Assembly: GCA_965644295.1 (NCBI GenBank)
Contig: CBFFRP010000442.1
Span: 86,941-150,940, forward strand
DNA: 64,000 bases
Reading direction: 5' to 3'
Source: Paraphysomonas bandaiensis
Taxonomy: Eukaryota; Protista; Chrysophyceae
Shown: positions 23,481 through 33,952 of the stretch, one piece after another
Layout: each line of letters begins with the position of its first letter
Numbering within the stretch: the stretch's first letter is position 1
The notes under the pieces: generated by a model
The model's database searches: none
The model's input: only the letters and a program-made list of their open reading frames with translations
What the model was told of the DNA's origin: nothing
Translations under genes and position numbers: made by a program

Positions 23481-25862
23481 CTACTTGCGCCTTCTTTTAT
23501 CCCTTGGTCCCTCATTAATCACTTCAGTGGAACTCTTAACTTTCTCTCCAAGATTTCTCTTTCTCTGCTCCATATATGATAAACCAACCAATGACTTTGT
23601 ATAAATATCTGCTGCTTGTTGCGATGTATGCACATGCACTAACTTAATCGTATTGAACTGATTGGGATCCACGTGCTCTCTCACCATGTGATACTTAATC
23701 TCAATGTGCTTCGACTTCTTGTGAAACACTGGGTTTTCGGCCAAATCCTGGGCACTCTGACTGTCGATGAAGAATGGTGTGGGTTTGATGAGCCTCAACT
23801 TAATCTCACCCGTCACCCCCCGAACCCATAGCACTTCTTGGAGACCCGAGTAAATACACTGATACTCAGACTGCATGCTTGACGTTGCCACTGTCGTCTG
23901 CAGTTTGGACTGCCAGACTATAGGCCCTCCCGCTGCAAACCCAACGTACCCCGACGTGGACTTCCTGGAGAGCTGATCTCCCGCCCAATCCGCGTCAGTA
24001 AACATATGGAAGTCGAACCGTCTACTCCCATATTGAATCCCTTTGTCAATAGAACCACGAATATATTGCCATACATGTGTTAATAGCTTGCATACTTCAA
24101 TATTCACCTTATTACTGAACCGAGACAGTACTCCCACTGCATAGGCAATATCCGGCCTCGTGTTCATCGATAGATATAGTAATGCACCTATCAGCGGCCG
24201 ATATGGGAAGTTATCTACTATAAGCTGTTCCTCCTCGGTATGCTCATGCCGCGCCCCTTTTGCCACTAAATCCATTGCTTCCGCCGGTAGAGGACTCTTC
24301 CGTACCTTTCGCGGTGACCCAAGATACTTTTCAAACTTTTCTAAGATCTTAGCCGCATATACTGATTGGTCAAGACGAATATACTCTGGCGTTCTTGTGA
24401 CTCGAACATTCAGAAAATGTTCCATCTCGCCCATATCCTTCATATCAAACCGGGCACACAGTTGAGCTTTAATATCCTTCACTATGTTGACATCACGACC
24501 TAACACTAGGATATCATCCACATATATCGTTAATAATATCAATTCATCGCCCTTATACTGATAATACAAACACGGGTCTAATACACATGGTTTAAAATGC
24601 ATAGATCGTATGAATTTATCCAATGTTTTCCACCACGACCGCGGGGAACTCCGAAGCCCGTATAACGACTTCTTCAGCTTAAAGCAGTACCCCTCAGGCA
24701 GCTGAAAGTCCGGAGTTGCCTTCATATATACGTCCCCCTCTATATCTGCATATAGAAATGCGTTAGACACATCCAGTTGATGAATTACCATGTTCATCAC
24801 GAAAGCTATGGCGATTAACAGTCGCACTGTTACCCCCTTAACAACGGGTGCGAAATGGTTCGCCCAACCACTCGACTGCTGTCCACAACCGATTGCTACA
24901 AGACGAGCCTTATATCGGCGGACCTCTCCCTCCTTATCGTACTTCTTTCCATAGACGTACTTGGAGTGCAGTGGGACGACTCCGTCCGGTATACGAGTCA
25001 CCTCCATGGTATCTCGCTTCGCCAAACCCTCTCGCTCTACACGGCGAGCTCGTCTCCACTCCCTGTGCTCGGCACTCTCCAAGGACTCACGATGTGTCTG
25101 AGGCACTGTCGACTCTTCCGCTGACATCCACACTGAGTCTGCCTCCTGTAAAAGGTCACTCACATCACTCTCATCACTCAAATGATGGATTTGTCCTAAC
25201 ACCGACACATTCGTTACCGTCCTTGGAGTTCTTGCGCGTTTGCCGTGCGGATGATTCTCGGCAGGGGTCCCTTCCCCCGAAGGTAATGCTGAGTCAGCCT
25301 GGGGCTGCACCTGCCCACTTTCCGACTGCTGTGGCACCACTCCGCTGATACCGCCGTCACGGTTGTCAGTAACTCTGGCCCTAACCACCCTCTGCGCAAG
25401 ATCCTCTGTCATCTTCTTGATGTCAGCAATATGAATAGGAGTTTTATCCTCCACTTGAACCTGGTTACCAGTAACCAACGACCGGTATCCTACAATAAGT
25501 CCCTTCCTTATCACCACTCTGTTAGTCTTGTATAGCAGACCACCATCCTCATGGTGCTTTCCGATAAGATACTCAAACTCACCCGGTTGACGAGCCTCGG
25601 GATCTATAGCCACTTGAGCCTCCTCCAGCTCTCTATAATAATCCTGAGACCTCTCAGGTACCGATTCATCAAATAATACATGTACCGAGTGTACTACGGT
25701 GTCCCCCACTAGCACCTTGTATCCTTTTCGATCAGCTGGATACCCTATGAAATAACCTGTCATTGCTTTGTCCTCCCAGTCCTTCCTCCTGTCGGCCTTG
25801 GGTGTTAGCACATATGCTTTGCACCCCCATTTCCGTAGCCACGATAGGCTGGGAACGCTCCC
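23481..25862 (-). CDS. Copia Pol, C-terminal part (post-integrase region, RT, RNase H)
   Basis: LRKWGCKAYV, RYKARLVA, HQLDVSNAFL, YVDD, TDADWAGD, KHIEIKYH motifs. Confidence 0.95.
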   Translation of the reverse strand, partial: GSVPSLSWLRKWGCKAYVLTPKADRRKDWEDKAMTGYFIGYPADRKGYKVLVGDTVVHSVHVLFDESVPERSQDYYRELEEAQVAIDPEARQPGEFEYLIGKHHEDGGLLYKTNRVVIRKGLIVGYRSLVTGNQVQVEDKTPIHIADIKKMTEDLAQRVVRARVTDNRDGGISGVVPQQSESGQVQPQADSALPSGEGTPAENHPHGKRARTPRTVTNVSVLGQIHHLSDESDVSDLLQEADSVWMSAEESTVPQTHRESLESAEHREWRRARRVEREGLAKRDTMEVTRIPDGVVPLHSKYVYGKKYDKEGEVRRYKARLVAIGCGQQSSGWANHFAPVVKGVTVRLLIAIAFVMNMVIHQLDVSNAFLYADIEGDVYMKATPDFQLPEGYCFKLKKSLYGLRSSPRSWWKTLDKFIRSMHFKPCVLDPCLYYQYKGDELILLTIYVDDILVLGRDVNIVKDIKAQLCARFDMKDMGEMEHFLNVRVTRTPEYIRLDQSVYAAKILEKFEKYLGSPRKVRKSPLPAEAMDLVAKGARHEHTEEEQLIVDNFPYRPLIGALLYLSMNTRPDIAYAVGVLSRFSNKVNIEVCKLLTHVWQYIRGSIDKGIQYGSRRFDFHMFTDADWAGDQLSRKSTSGYVGFAAGGPIVWQSKLQTTVATSSMQSEYQCIYSGLQEVLWVRGVTGEIKLRLIKPTPFFIDSQSAQDLAENPVFHKKSKHIEIKYHMVREHVDPNQFNTIKLVHVHTSQQAADIYTKSLVGLSYMEQRKRNLGEKVKSSTEVINEGPRDKRRRK

Positions 25863-28078
25863 CCTGGGACACACTCATATGGAGACATCCATCCTTGCCA
25901 CGTCCGAGTTGGCATTCGTCGCACAATGTAACATGCAGTTTGATAAGCATCAAACCAGAACGACTTTGGAAGTCCAGATGCCGTCAACATCGTCAGTGTC
26001 ATCTCCCCAATTGTTCGGAATTTCCTCTCAGACACCGCGTTGAGCTCTGGCGTGTCTCGTGTTGTATGTGACACCCGAGTCCCATATCGCTGCAACAGAT
26101 ACTCTCTTATCTGCTGACTAATAAGTTCGGATCCTCCATCGGCATGATACTCCACTATACGGTTCCACCCCTCGTACTTCACTAAGTGGACCTCGCACAA
26201 GTGTCGTAGACATTTGAACACCTCCTCTCCGCTTCGAGTCCTCAATCCATATTCCCATATCATCTTTGTTGCTAAGTCCGTGAATAGGAGCACGTACTTA
26301 TACCCTTGTCTGGATTCACAATTCAGGTAGACTGAGATGTCCGCTGTCACTCGTTCCAGAAACCTGACTGCGCTTAGCTCTTCGTTGTCCCGTGATTTGA
26401 ACGAATGCCTGGTTATCTTCGCCTTGGCACACCATTTACACAGGGGTTTCTTGCAACTCTTCTCCTTTGCCTTCGAAAGGTGATGTCGTTGTAGTCCTGA
26501 TCCTCTGAATAACATGTGTCGGTGAGCTTCTAATAACTTCGATTTCGAGACATGTCCAGTACGCTCATGTAAGCGATCCAACGCATCTTGTCCTGTATTA
26601 TCCGACAAATTTACCTCCTCCATCTGATTGCACATAGACACGTTTGGCAGATTTAACACCTCCATCAAGTCCACATACGGCATCCCTCCATGCTCATCGT
26701 ACTCTCCAGTCAACACCTCGTTTCCAGAGTCCAATTCCACGATTTTAGGCTTTCGAAGCAGTTGTAATCCGTATCCCATTGATCTCAGCATCCCTCCTGA
26801 CACAATGTTCTTCACCGCTTCTTCACTAACTCTGATGTCTCTCCATTCCCCGAATGTACCAGCCCCCTGTGTCTCCAATTGAGAACCCTTTCTAGTTAGT
26901 TGGATTGCCCCAAACTCAGGAGTAAATGACTCCAGTGTAATTTTATCCTTTACTATAAACAGTCTTTTACTTGCACAACTGTCCAGATATACACGAGGTT
27001 CTTCCGACGTATCCACCGATAGCAAAACCTCTTCTCCAAACATATTCGCTTCATCATCCGACGACTCTCCGTCGTTGACGTATTTCTTCCATTCTGTCTC
27101 GAATTTCCTGTTCGATTTTCGAGGATTCTCATTATCCGGGTTTTTTATGTTCTTCCGTTTTTTCGACTTGCACTGTCGGGCTTTATGACTAAAATCTCCA
27201 CAGATATGACAACCAGTATAATCCTTTGATCCTGGCTGCTGCACACTCTTCGAAGCCTTTTCCTTTGTCTTCCCTTTTCTTTTGAACTTATCCATTTTTC
27301 TTTGTCGTTCCTTAGCATAACAATTCGCTGCTACGTGTCCCTTCTTCCGACAAAATGAACAAACCACTGGCTCCTTCGACGCCGTAAAATTGATCTCTTC
27401 AGATTTGTCTCCCTTTAGTTTCTTCAGCTGCGTCATAGCCTCGTCATACTCTTCACAAGCCTCTTTCACCGAATCAAATGTAGTTGTTGCTTTAGGCATC
27501 ATCGCTACCGACATCCATAAATCATGTAATTCCTCTATCTGCAGCGCTGCTTTTATCTTTGCTAATTTACTTGCCTCTGTCTGCGGTTGTCCCAATTTTA
27601 TGAGCTTCTGGATTATACCGTTCAGTCGATCTACCCCAACAGACACCTTTTCCCCCGGCCTTATTTTGAACGAATGGTATTCTGCCGTAGTCTTCTCCAA
27701 TACAGTCCCAATCTCGCCTCTGAACCTATCAACCAGTGTCTGAAGGAGCTCACTGGATAACACCTCCTTAGCAGGATCATCAGCAGGTAAAGTTGCCTTC
27801 CCCTCCAAATATTGATTGGCTACCTCCAACACATCAGGGTCATGCTCGCAAGCCTCCCAAATAGTACTAACACAGGTATCATTACGCTCTCTCCATGACT
27901 CTAAATTCCTTCCTCCGGCTGGCGGGTCCTCCAAGCCAAGATGGTTTCGGTTTTTCTTCATTAGATGCATCTTGATTTTTCTCGCTGAATAGTCTGCTTG
28001 GTTCTTGTCAAACCGTAGCTTCTTGTCATCTTCCCCATCCCTACAACTAGCATTCGCTACCATAACAGAAGTTGACAT
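25863..28078 (-). CDS. Copia Gag-protease-integrase part
   Basis: Two CCHC knuckles (CSFCRKKGHVAANC, CHICGDFSHKARQC), protease YLDSCAS, HHCC (LHERTGH...CKWC), integrase core (TADI...HADGGSE...NAVSER). Joined to Pol across a frameshift at a G5 run (25860-25864). Confidence 0.93.
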
Positions 28079-28355
28079 TATTTGCTAAGGTTTACTATTC
28101 TCAACTGATAAGATGAAATTATAAACATTACATGATAAAGAACCTAAGTTGTGTTCGATGTGTTCAACACCATTCATTTACTACTATAGTGTACAAACCA
28201 CCCACTCAGTGATCGTATCCTGTATAGTCATCCACTTCTACTTCAGTTTCATACTACATAATATAATGTACTAATTACATATATATCTTTCGATCCTTGC
28301 ATCTCACATAATACTGCACTCAATTGCAAGTATATAGAATCTTCAGATCTCAACA
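28063..28355 (-). repeat. 5' LTR of the Copia element
   Basis: Minus strand reads TGTTGAGATC...CTTCTGTTA, followed directly by the PBS TGGTAGCG. Confidence 0.95.
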
Positions 28356-28360
28356 AATTA

Positions 28361-28760
28361 TGTTGAGTTTTGCCGTTAATTCTACCCATCAGAGTTATGT
28401 CTCGTGGTTTGACAATTCAATGTACAGCTTTGAATTGAGAGGGAGTGTTGAGTTTTGCTGTTTAAGCGATTAAAAGCTGTAATTCTAAGATGTTGGAATT
28501 ATGACGGTTACTGGAGAATACAGTAGTGGTTAGCTGTATTATGAGAAGTGATATCATGACGATAAAAGATCGTACTTGAAATGAGTGGTAGTAGAGATAA
28601 CGTGATATATTGTTTATTATATTTATTATAATCTTCTCTAATCTTAACTTGATTAATGAGTGAATACACGTCCAGTTAACTTAGTAATCACCCAATTGTG
28701 TCATATCTTGACAAATTATATATCTCTTCTTTGTCATTACTATTCTCATATTGATTTGTT
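28361..28760 (+). mobile_element. Relic of an older Copia-type LTR (PPT plus LTR start); right boundary uncertain
   Basis: AATTGAGAGGGAG|TGTTGAGTTTTGC at 28433-28458 mirrors the young element's AATTGAGGGGGAG|TGTTGAG. A second TGTTGAGTTTTGC lies at 28361. Confidence 0.55.
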
Positions 28761-29194
28761 CTATTACTTTAATTTACTTTAAGGTATTCGAATTTACACT
28801 CTACTACGGTTCCTCTGTATGAGTGTATTCTTGCTCACACAGAAACTACTGCTCCTCTGATAGTCGTCCCCTAAGGGATACACATAACGCCATTTACACT
28901 ACTTTTTACCTGAGTATTACGAAGCCGTTGAATATCGGCAATCACGTTATTCTATATGTATCGTGACGAGCGTTGTAAAAATGTTCATATTGTTCTTTGC
29001 AACGATCTTTGCCATCATGTTATGTTACTTTTACGTGCTGATGTTAAAAGTATATACTGAGCCTTAAATATACTGTCACACGCTTACATAAAGTGGCTGT
29101 GCACATACATCCAAGCTTCTATACGTTAACTGAAAATGGGATTGTACCGTAGTATGATCAGTAGCTATATAATAATTATACATCTTAAGATTCT

Positions 29195-29840
29195 ATAGTA
29201 GTGAATGTCTGATTATAATCAATTGCTGTGTAATAAGAGTCAGAAGTAATGTAGCAAAACTATTTAACTAACTAGTGCTTAACTCTGATATACTAGTTGA
29301 GGTGGTCGCACCTTGGTGCTTGCGGTGACGCACAAGAGAGATAAATAGTATGGTATTATATTAAGTGCTTGACAGACCCCTCTGCTTAGTCTCTATTTCT
29401 ATTAGTTTTAATACTGATAATCAGACATTACAACATAATAATACTCTGATATACTACTATTTGGCGCTACGCTGCTTTTTGTGCGTCACCACAAGCACCA
29501 AAAAGTGAAACCACTTTTGCTTTCTGTCCTTAAGGTAAACAGCCCGTATGATTGACTTCAGCAGGCAGCCCAGTACGCAGTGATTGAAAACCAATTAATT
29601 GTTTCCCAAAAGCCTGTGACAAAAGCCTCTAGATCTTGAACAGACATATTGAAAGTCTTTTTATTTAGCAATAGGCGTTAGAAACCTGTACCAATATAGT
29701 GGCTAGTTGAATGCTAGACATACTAGTTAGACCTCTACCCATAACTAATCCGTACAAATATTCCATTATCCTACTATTTAACGCTACAGAAGCTGCTTGT
29801 GCGTCGCCGCAAGTACCAAGGTGCAACCACTTCCGTTCTT
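29195..29840. mobile_element. Cluster of at least three rearranged fragments of the unclassified dispersed repeat
   Basis: Core at ~29300-29340 (+), ~29460-29580 (reverse) and ~29645-29840 (reverse). Confidence 0.75.
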
Positions 29841-30022
29841 GAACAGACATCATCTTCCAATTGTCTCTCTTACGGTTACTATACATCATTATGTTAATCA
29901 CTATTTTTCTAACTGCTGTGTACATATTGTAGTGTATTCTTCACTGCAAGTAATAGTATTACATATTACAGTAACACTGCTTCAATATATAAGCAATTCC
30001 ATTCTGAACAGGTTGCTTGTTT

Positions 30023-30185
30023 CAGGGCTAGGAAACAATATATTGAATTGCAATACATTGTACAATATATTGCAATATATTGTAATTGCATTGTTGGGCT
30101 TGTTTAAAATCTCCATCAATATAATAGTATTAATTGAACGCTCTCTAACAATAATAGTATTGCAATATATTGTTTCCTAGCCCTG
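30023..30185. mobile_element. 163-bp hAT-type MITE
   Basis: Perfect 23-bp TIR CAGGGCTAGGAAACAATATATTG. Flanks GCTTGTTT / GTTTGTGT match at 6/8, compatible with a decayed 8-bp TSD. Confidence 0.85.
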
Positions 30186-30644
30186 GTTTGTGTTGTGTTG
30201 TAATTGAAAAGAATTCTCCCTTGCTGGACCACAAGTTGCAACTTATTATTAGAGCTACTTACCTATCTTCCCACAGGACTTTCTTTCCACGATCGAACTG
30301 TTTTCTTGTTAAGATGGACTAAAACAAATATGTTAGTAGTACGTAGTTCATTTAGCAAATTCGTTAAGGTTGTACTAGACCGCAGCACATAATTGCAGTG
30401 GTGTAAGAAATGAAATTTCACACACAAAAAAACGATTATTATTTTTATAGAGAACAACCATTAGATCAAAGGGAAATTGTTCGAAACTCTAAAGAAACAC
30501 CACTCACAGCTTTCATAACACAGTTATAGGAGTGTTAATATATACTTCTCTCATGCCACCAACATGAGTATGTTGGAATCTTCCAATGAACCATGCCACA
30601 ATTTCGAGGCATCGAGGTATATATAATAGGCGTGGCATGTGCCA

Positions 30645-31803
30645 CTACAGCCGCCTGGTCTTGTGCGGGTTACTCTGAATCCATGCCATAATATCTGCGA
30701 CATTTTCGCCCGCCCCCAGTACAGGCGGAGGAGGGCGTACGATTTTCGGGGTGAGACCCACCATTTTTTGCTGATGGTGCTGTTTTTGTTCCCTCAGCTG
30801 CTGCTGAAAAACGGCCCCAGCCGTGGTGCGGGCTAGTGGCTGGTCTGATGCGATGGGGTCATCTGGAGGTGCAGAAGGGAGAGCGGAGACAGGAATGGCG
30901 CGAGAGGCCTCGGTCATAGCTGCAAGAAGTGAGTGCTTACCCTTTTCACCACCTGGTGCCATGTTGTCCCCATCTTTCTCAACCCCTTTATCCTCCTCGG
31001 AAGGAAAGCTGGCAATACTTATTCCATTATATCCGTTGGTATGCTCTAGGTCCTGCTGAACGTCGACCCGAGCTCGCTTAGAAGGACTAACACGACCACT
31101 GACGACGCTGTCAATCGACCCCTCATTTTCCCTTTTTCCAGTCTCACTTAAGCGCTTCCTTGCGCGTTCCAGGAACTCAAGAACGTTTGGTGACTCCTGG
31201 CTGCTTTGAAGAAGCCCCACTGCTGCTTGTAACAGCTCGGTGTACTCTCGAATCTGTGCCTCCAACGCGGCCTCTTTCCGTTTGTGCTGAAAATCCAGCT
31301 CGCGATGGCGGAGACTCATACGTACCAAACGTTGCCGCAATTGTTCACTACAAAAATAAATGATCAAAGTGTGAAATTCAACCATCCATTACTCACGTTG
31401 TGTCTTTACTGCTAAGAGACTCCTGCAATGAGCGAAAAGAGAAGTCGCAACAATTGGTCCCCACCTCATTTTTGGCATGCCACGTTTTCTTATGTATGTC
31501 TGTAAATAGAGACATAACAACAGGAGAAACACACAGCCCGCACATCATACCCAGATACTCCTTCAGTTTGAATCTCTTGCGACAGTCGCCTATATCACAC
31601 TCCCACTGCCTCTCATCTGTGTGGGTCTGCTCGTGTCGTATGAGACCGCACTTCTCAATGAACTCCTTATTGCACTTGCTGCACCTGAAGGGCTTCTCTC
31701 CTGTGTGTGTTCTGAAGTGTCTCGTAAGGCTCCATCGCTTATGAAACTCTCTGTGACAGCCCTCATACGGACACACGTACTTATCTTCTCTCCCTCCGCT
31801 CAT
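30645..31803 (-). CDS. C2H2 zinc-finger transcription factor (3 fingers plus coiled coil), spliced
   Basis: CPYEGC...HFRTHTGEKPFRCSKC...HEQTH...CDIGDC...HKKTWH. Short GT-AG introns link to ORF 30645..31385. Confidence 0.88.
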
Positions 31804-32280
31804 ACCACCTCTCAGAGGAAGATTATCTATCACTTCTGATTAACGTACCAGAGCAGAGAAGGAAAGAGCGAGTAGAGGATCGTGTGTGTGTGTCTAGAGA
31901 TGGATGTGCTCTTTGTCATGTACATGTACATACACACACAGCAGCAGGTACCGGATCTACAGCATATATATACAGCATGTACAGCATCGTAGGATTCCGC
32001 CCTACTTCCTACTGTATATAGGAACATGTACAGCAGTATACTGCACAGCAGCAGCACACCATATACCATATACTCATGAGATCAGTGTATAGCTACCGGT
32101 ATACGGTATCAGTATACAGCGTGAGTGTGAGTGGTATTCTAGTCATAGCTGTATTCGTATTCGTACTTGTCTTTTGAGATGAGCATAGAGGAGTACAGCC
32201 TTAACTAACACTCATTTCAGGTACCAACACCGCAACTCAATTCTTCAGTCAAAAGCAATTAGTTTTCAATTAATATCAAG

Positions 32281-32517
32281 ATGGTTCTTAGAACGTCTCG
32301 GATTTTGGATGGTGTTCATAAGTTGTCTGTTGCTATTCTGGCGGGGAATGCCTTCTTCGGTAGGTGATGACAGTTTACTACTAATGTAGTAACGACATTA
32401 ATACCTATAGGTTTTGCTTGGATGATTAGTGGTGCGGTCTCGGCTGCCTTACTCCCTCCTGTTCAAAAAAATGTTAAAATCGATTACAAAATGCACGACA
32501 CTGAGAAATCGAATTGA
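32281..32517 (+). CDS. Small single-TM protein, COX14-like (61 aa, 2 exons)
   Basis: Exon 32281-32359, intron GTAGGT...CTATAG 32360-32410, exon to TGA 32517: MVLRTSRILDGVHKLSVAILAGNAFFGFAWMISGAVSAALLPPVQKNVKIDYKMHDTEKSN. Confidence 0.65.
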
Positions 32518-32852
32518 ATAAGGCTTTATTTCATGCGATGTAACTTCCAGACAACTGTGTAGAATTACCGCTGTACAATTATAAATTAGCTTATTTCACG
32601 GTATACTCGAACATAGGCTCTATAACACGCCAGTAGCAGTAAAACTAATAAAAACTCGTTCGAGTAACTTAATGAGGAAATTTGCCCTTATAATATATAC
32701 CATATACCTTCAGGATGGTCAAATTACATATTAGTATACCACAATAAAACGAGCTTCTATCTGCCTTATAGTTTGTACTTCTTCAATTTCTATTATAAAT
32801 GTAGGTAGGTCAACAACAGAATCTACCTCTAGAGACGGAAGTTCTGTCAGAT

Positions 32853-32968
32853 CAGGGATAAGGAACAATATATTGCAATACTATTGTTAGATAGCGTCCC
32901 ATCAATAGTATTGATGGATTTTTTAAACCGGCCCTACAATACTATTTCAATATATTGCAATATATTAG
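32853..32968. mobile_element. Partial diverged copy of the 30023-30185 MITE, opposite orientation
   Basis: CAGGGATAAGGAACAATATATTGCAATACTATTGTTAGATAGCG... aligns with the reverse complement of that MITE. Confidence 0.75.
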
Positions 32969-33952
32969 TATATGACTAATCAGTAAGTAAACACATCTGT
33001 AGTTTCCATTTTTAGTACTCCCTTGCTATTGTTATAAGGTCTAAGGTCACTTGATAATCAAACCCACTACTCCTAACTAATTAAAAGTTTCCTCATACTC
33101 ATCCTCTGAGCCATCATCGGTGACATCTAAGTAAGTGATTATATACAGTTAGAAGTTAGATAATTTTTATAATTCTGTTCCCATACTCCTTCCCTACTCT
33201 ACTATCTACTATATAGCTATATAGCTATGTACTATATAAACTATATATATAATATATACTATACACTAGGTTTCGCTAATTTTCCTTGATAATATATAGT
33301 TTCATATTTCAACTTCTTTTGAGATGTCACCAACCATGTGTCAATTGAAACTTAGCAGACAAGTATAGAGCCACCAGACCTCAGGCCTATGTGAGTATAA
33401 AATCAAAAGAATATACAATGGCTGGCCAAAGAATAAAATATGTCACTAAAAGGATTAAACCTTACGACAAAGATCAAAACGATAATAGTTCAACATAGAA
33501 CTCTAAAACTAAATTGCGGTGCGGTGCACCACTACGCGATATCAGTGTCTATTGCTCAAATAGATATCAAGAGCACTGGCACTGCATACGTACAAACACA
33601 GCAGGCCCATTCGGAGACAGCATCGAACTACACATTATTACCTTACTTCATCTTGTAAGATATTGACGCCTGATGAATCCATCGGGTTTTCTTCGAGCTA
33701 GTGATAGAAGCAAGAGGACCTCACATGCGTAACGCACAAATCTACATAGAGATAGCGATGTCAACTGTATTCTATGTATATGTGCTGTATACCACACCCT
33801 CATACCGGATGCATATATGCATTATATGCATGCAGAGAGATTGTGGATGTACAGTACTGGTGTGCTGTATGGGTGTACGCCTACAGCAGAGCTGTATGTT
33901 ATGGTCACAGTGCACTGTATAGTATCTACGATGGATACTTATACTTAACGAC

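Larger units (their letters stand above)
23064..28355 (-). mobile_element. Full-length Ty1/Copia LTR retrotransposon
   Basis: Two 293-bp LTRs, AATTA TSD (23059-63 and 28356-60), PBS TGGTAGCGAATGC, PPT GAGGGGGAG, domain order Gag-PR-IN-RT-RH. Confidence 0.97.

Noticed and set aside
29770-29835. Twister or HDV ribozyme in the dispersed-repeat core
   Set aside because: UAA/GC/AAGC words are present but the required P1/P2/P4 pairings or HDV topology could not be fitted.
33300-33682. Possible decayed divergent partner gene of the monooxygenase (MDSSGVNILQDE|GTAAGG)
   Set aside because: No continuous spliced ORF could be built downstream.
33670-33700. CTGATGA as a hammerhead ribozyme core
   Set aside because: No GAAA after a stem II and no closing stems found.
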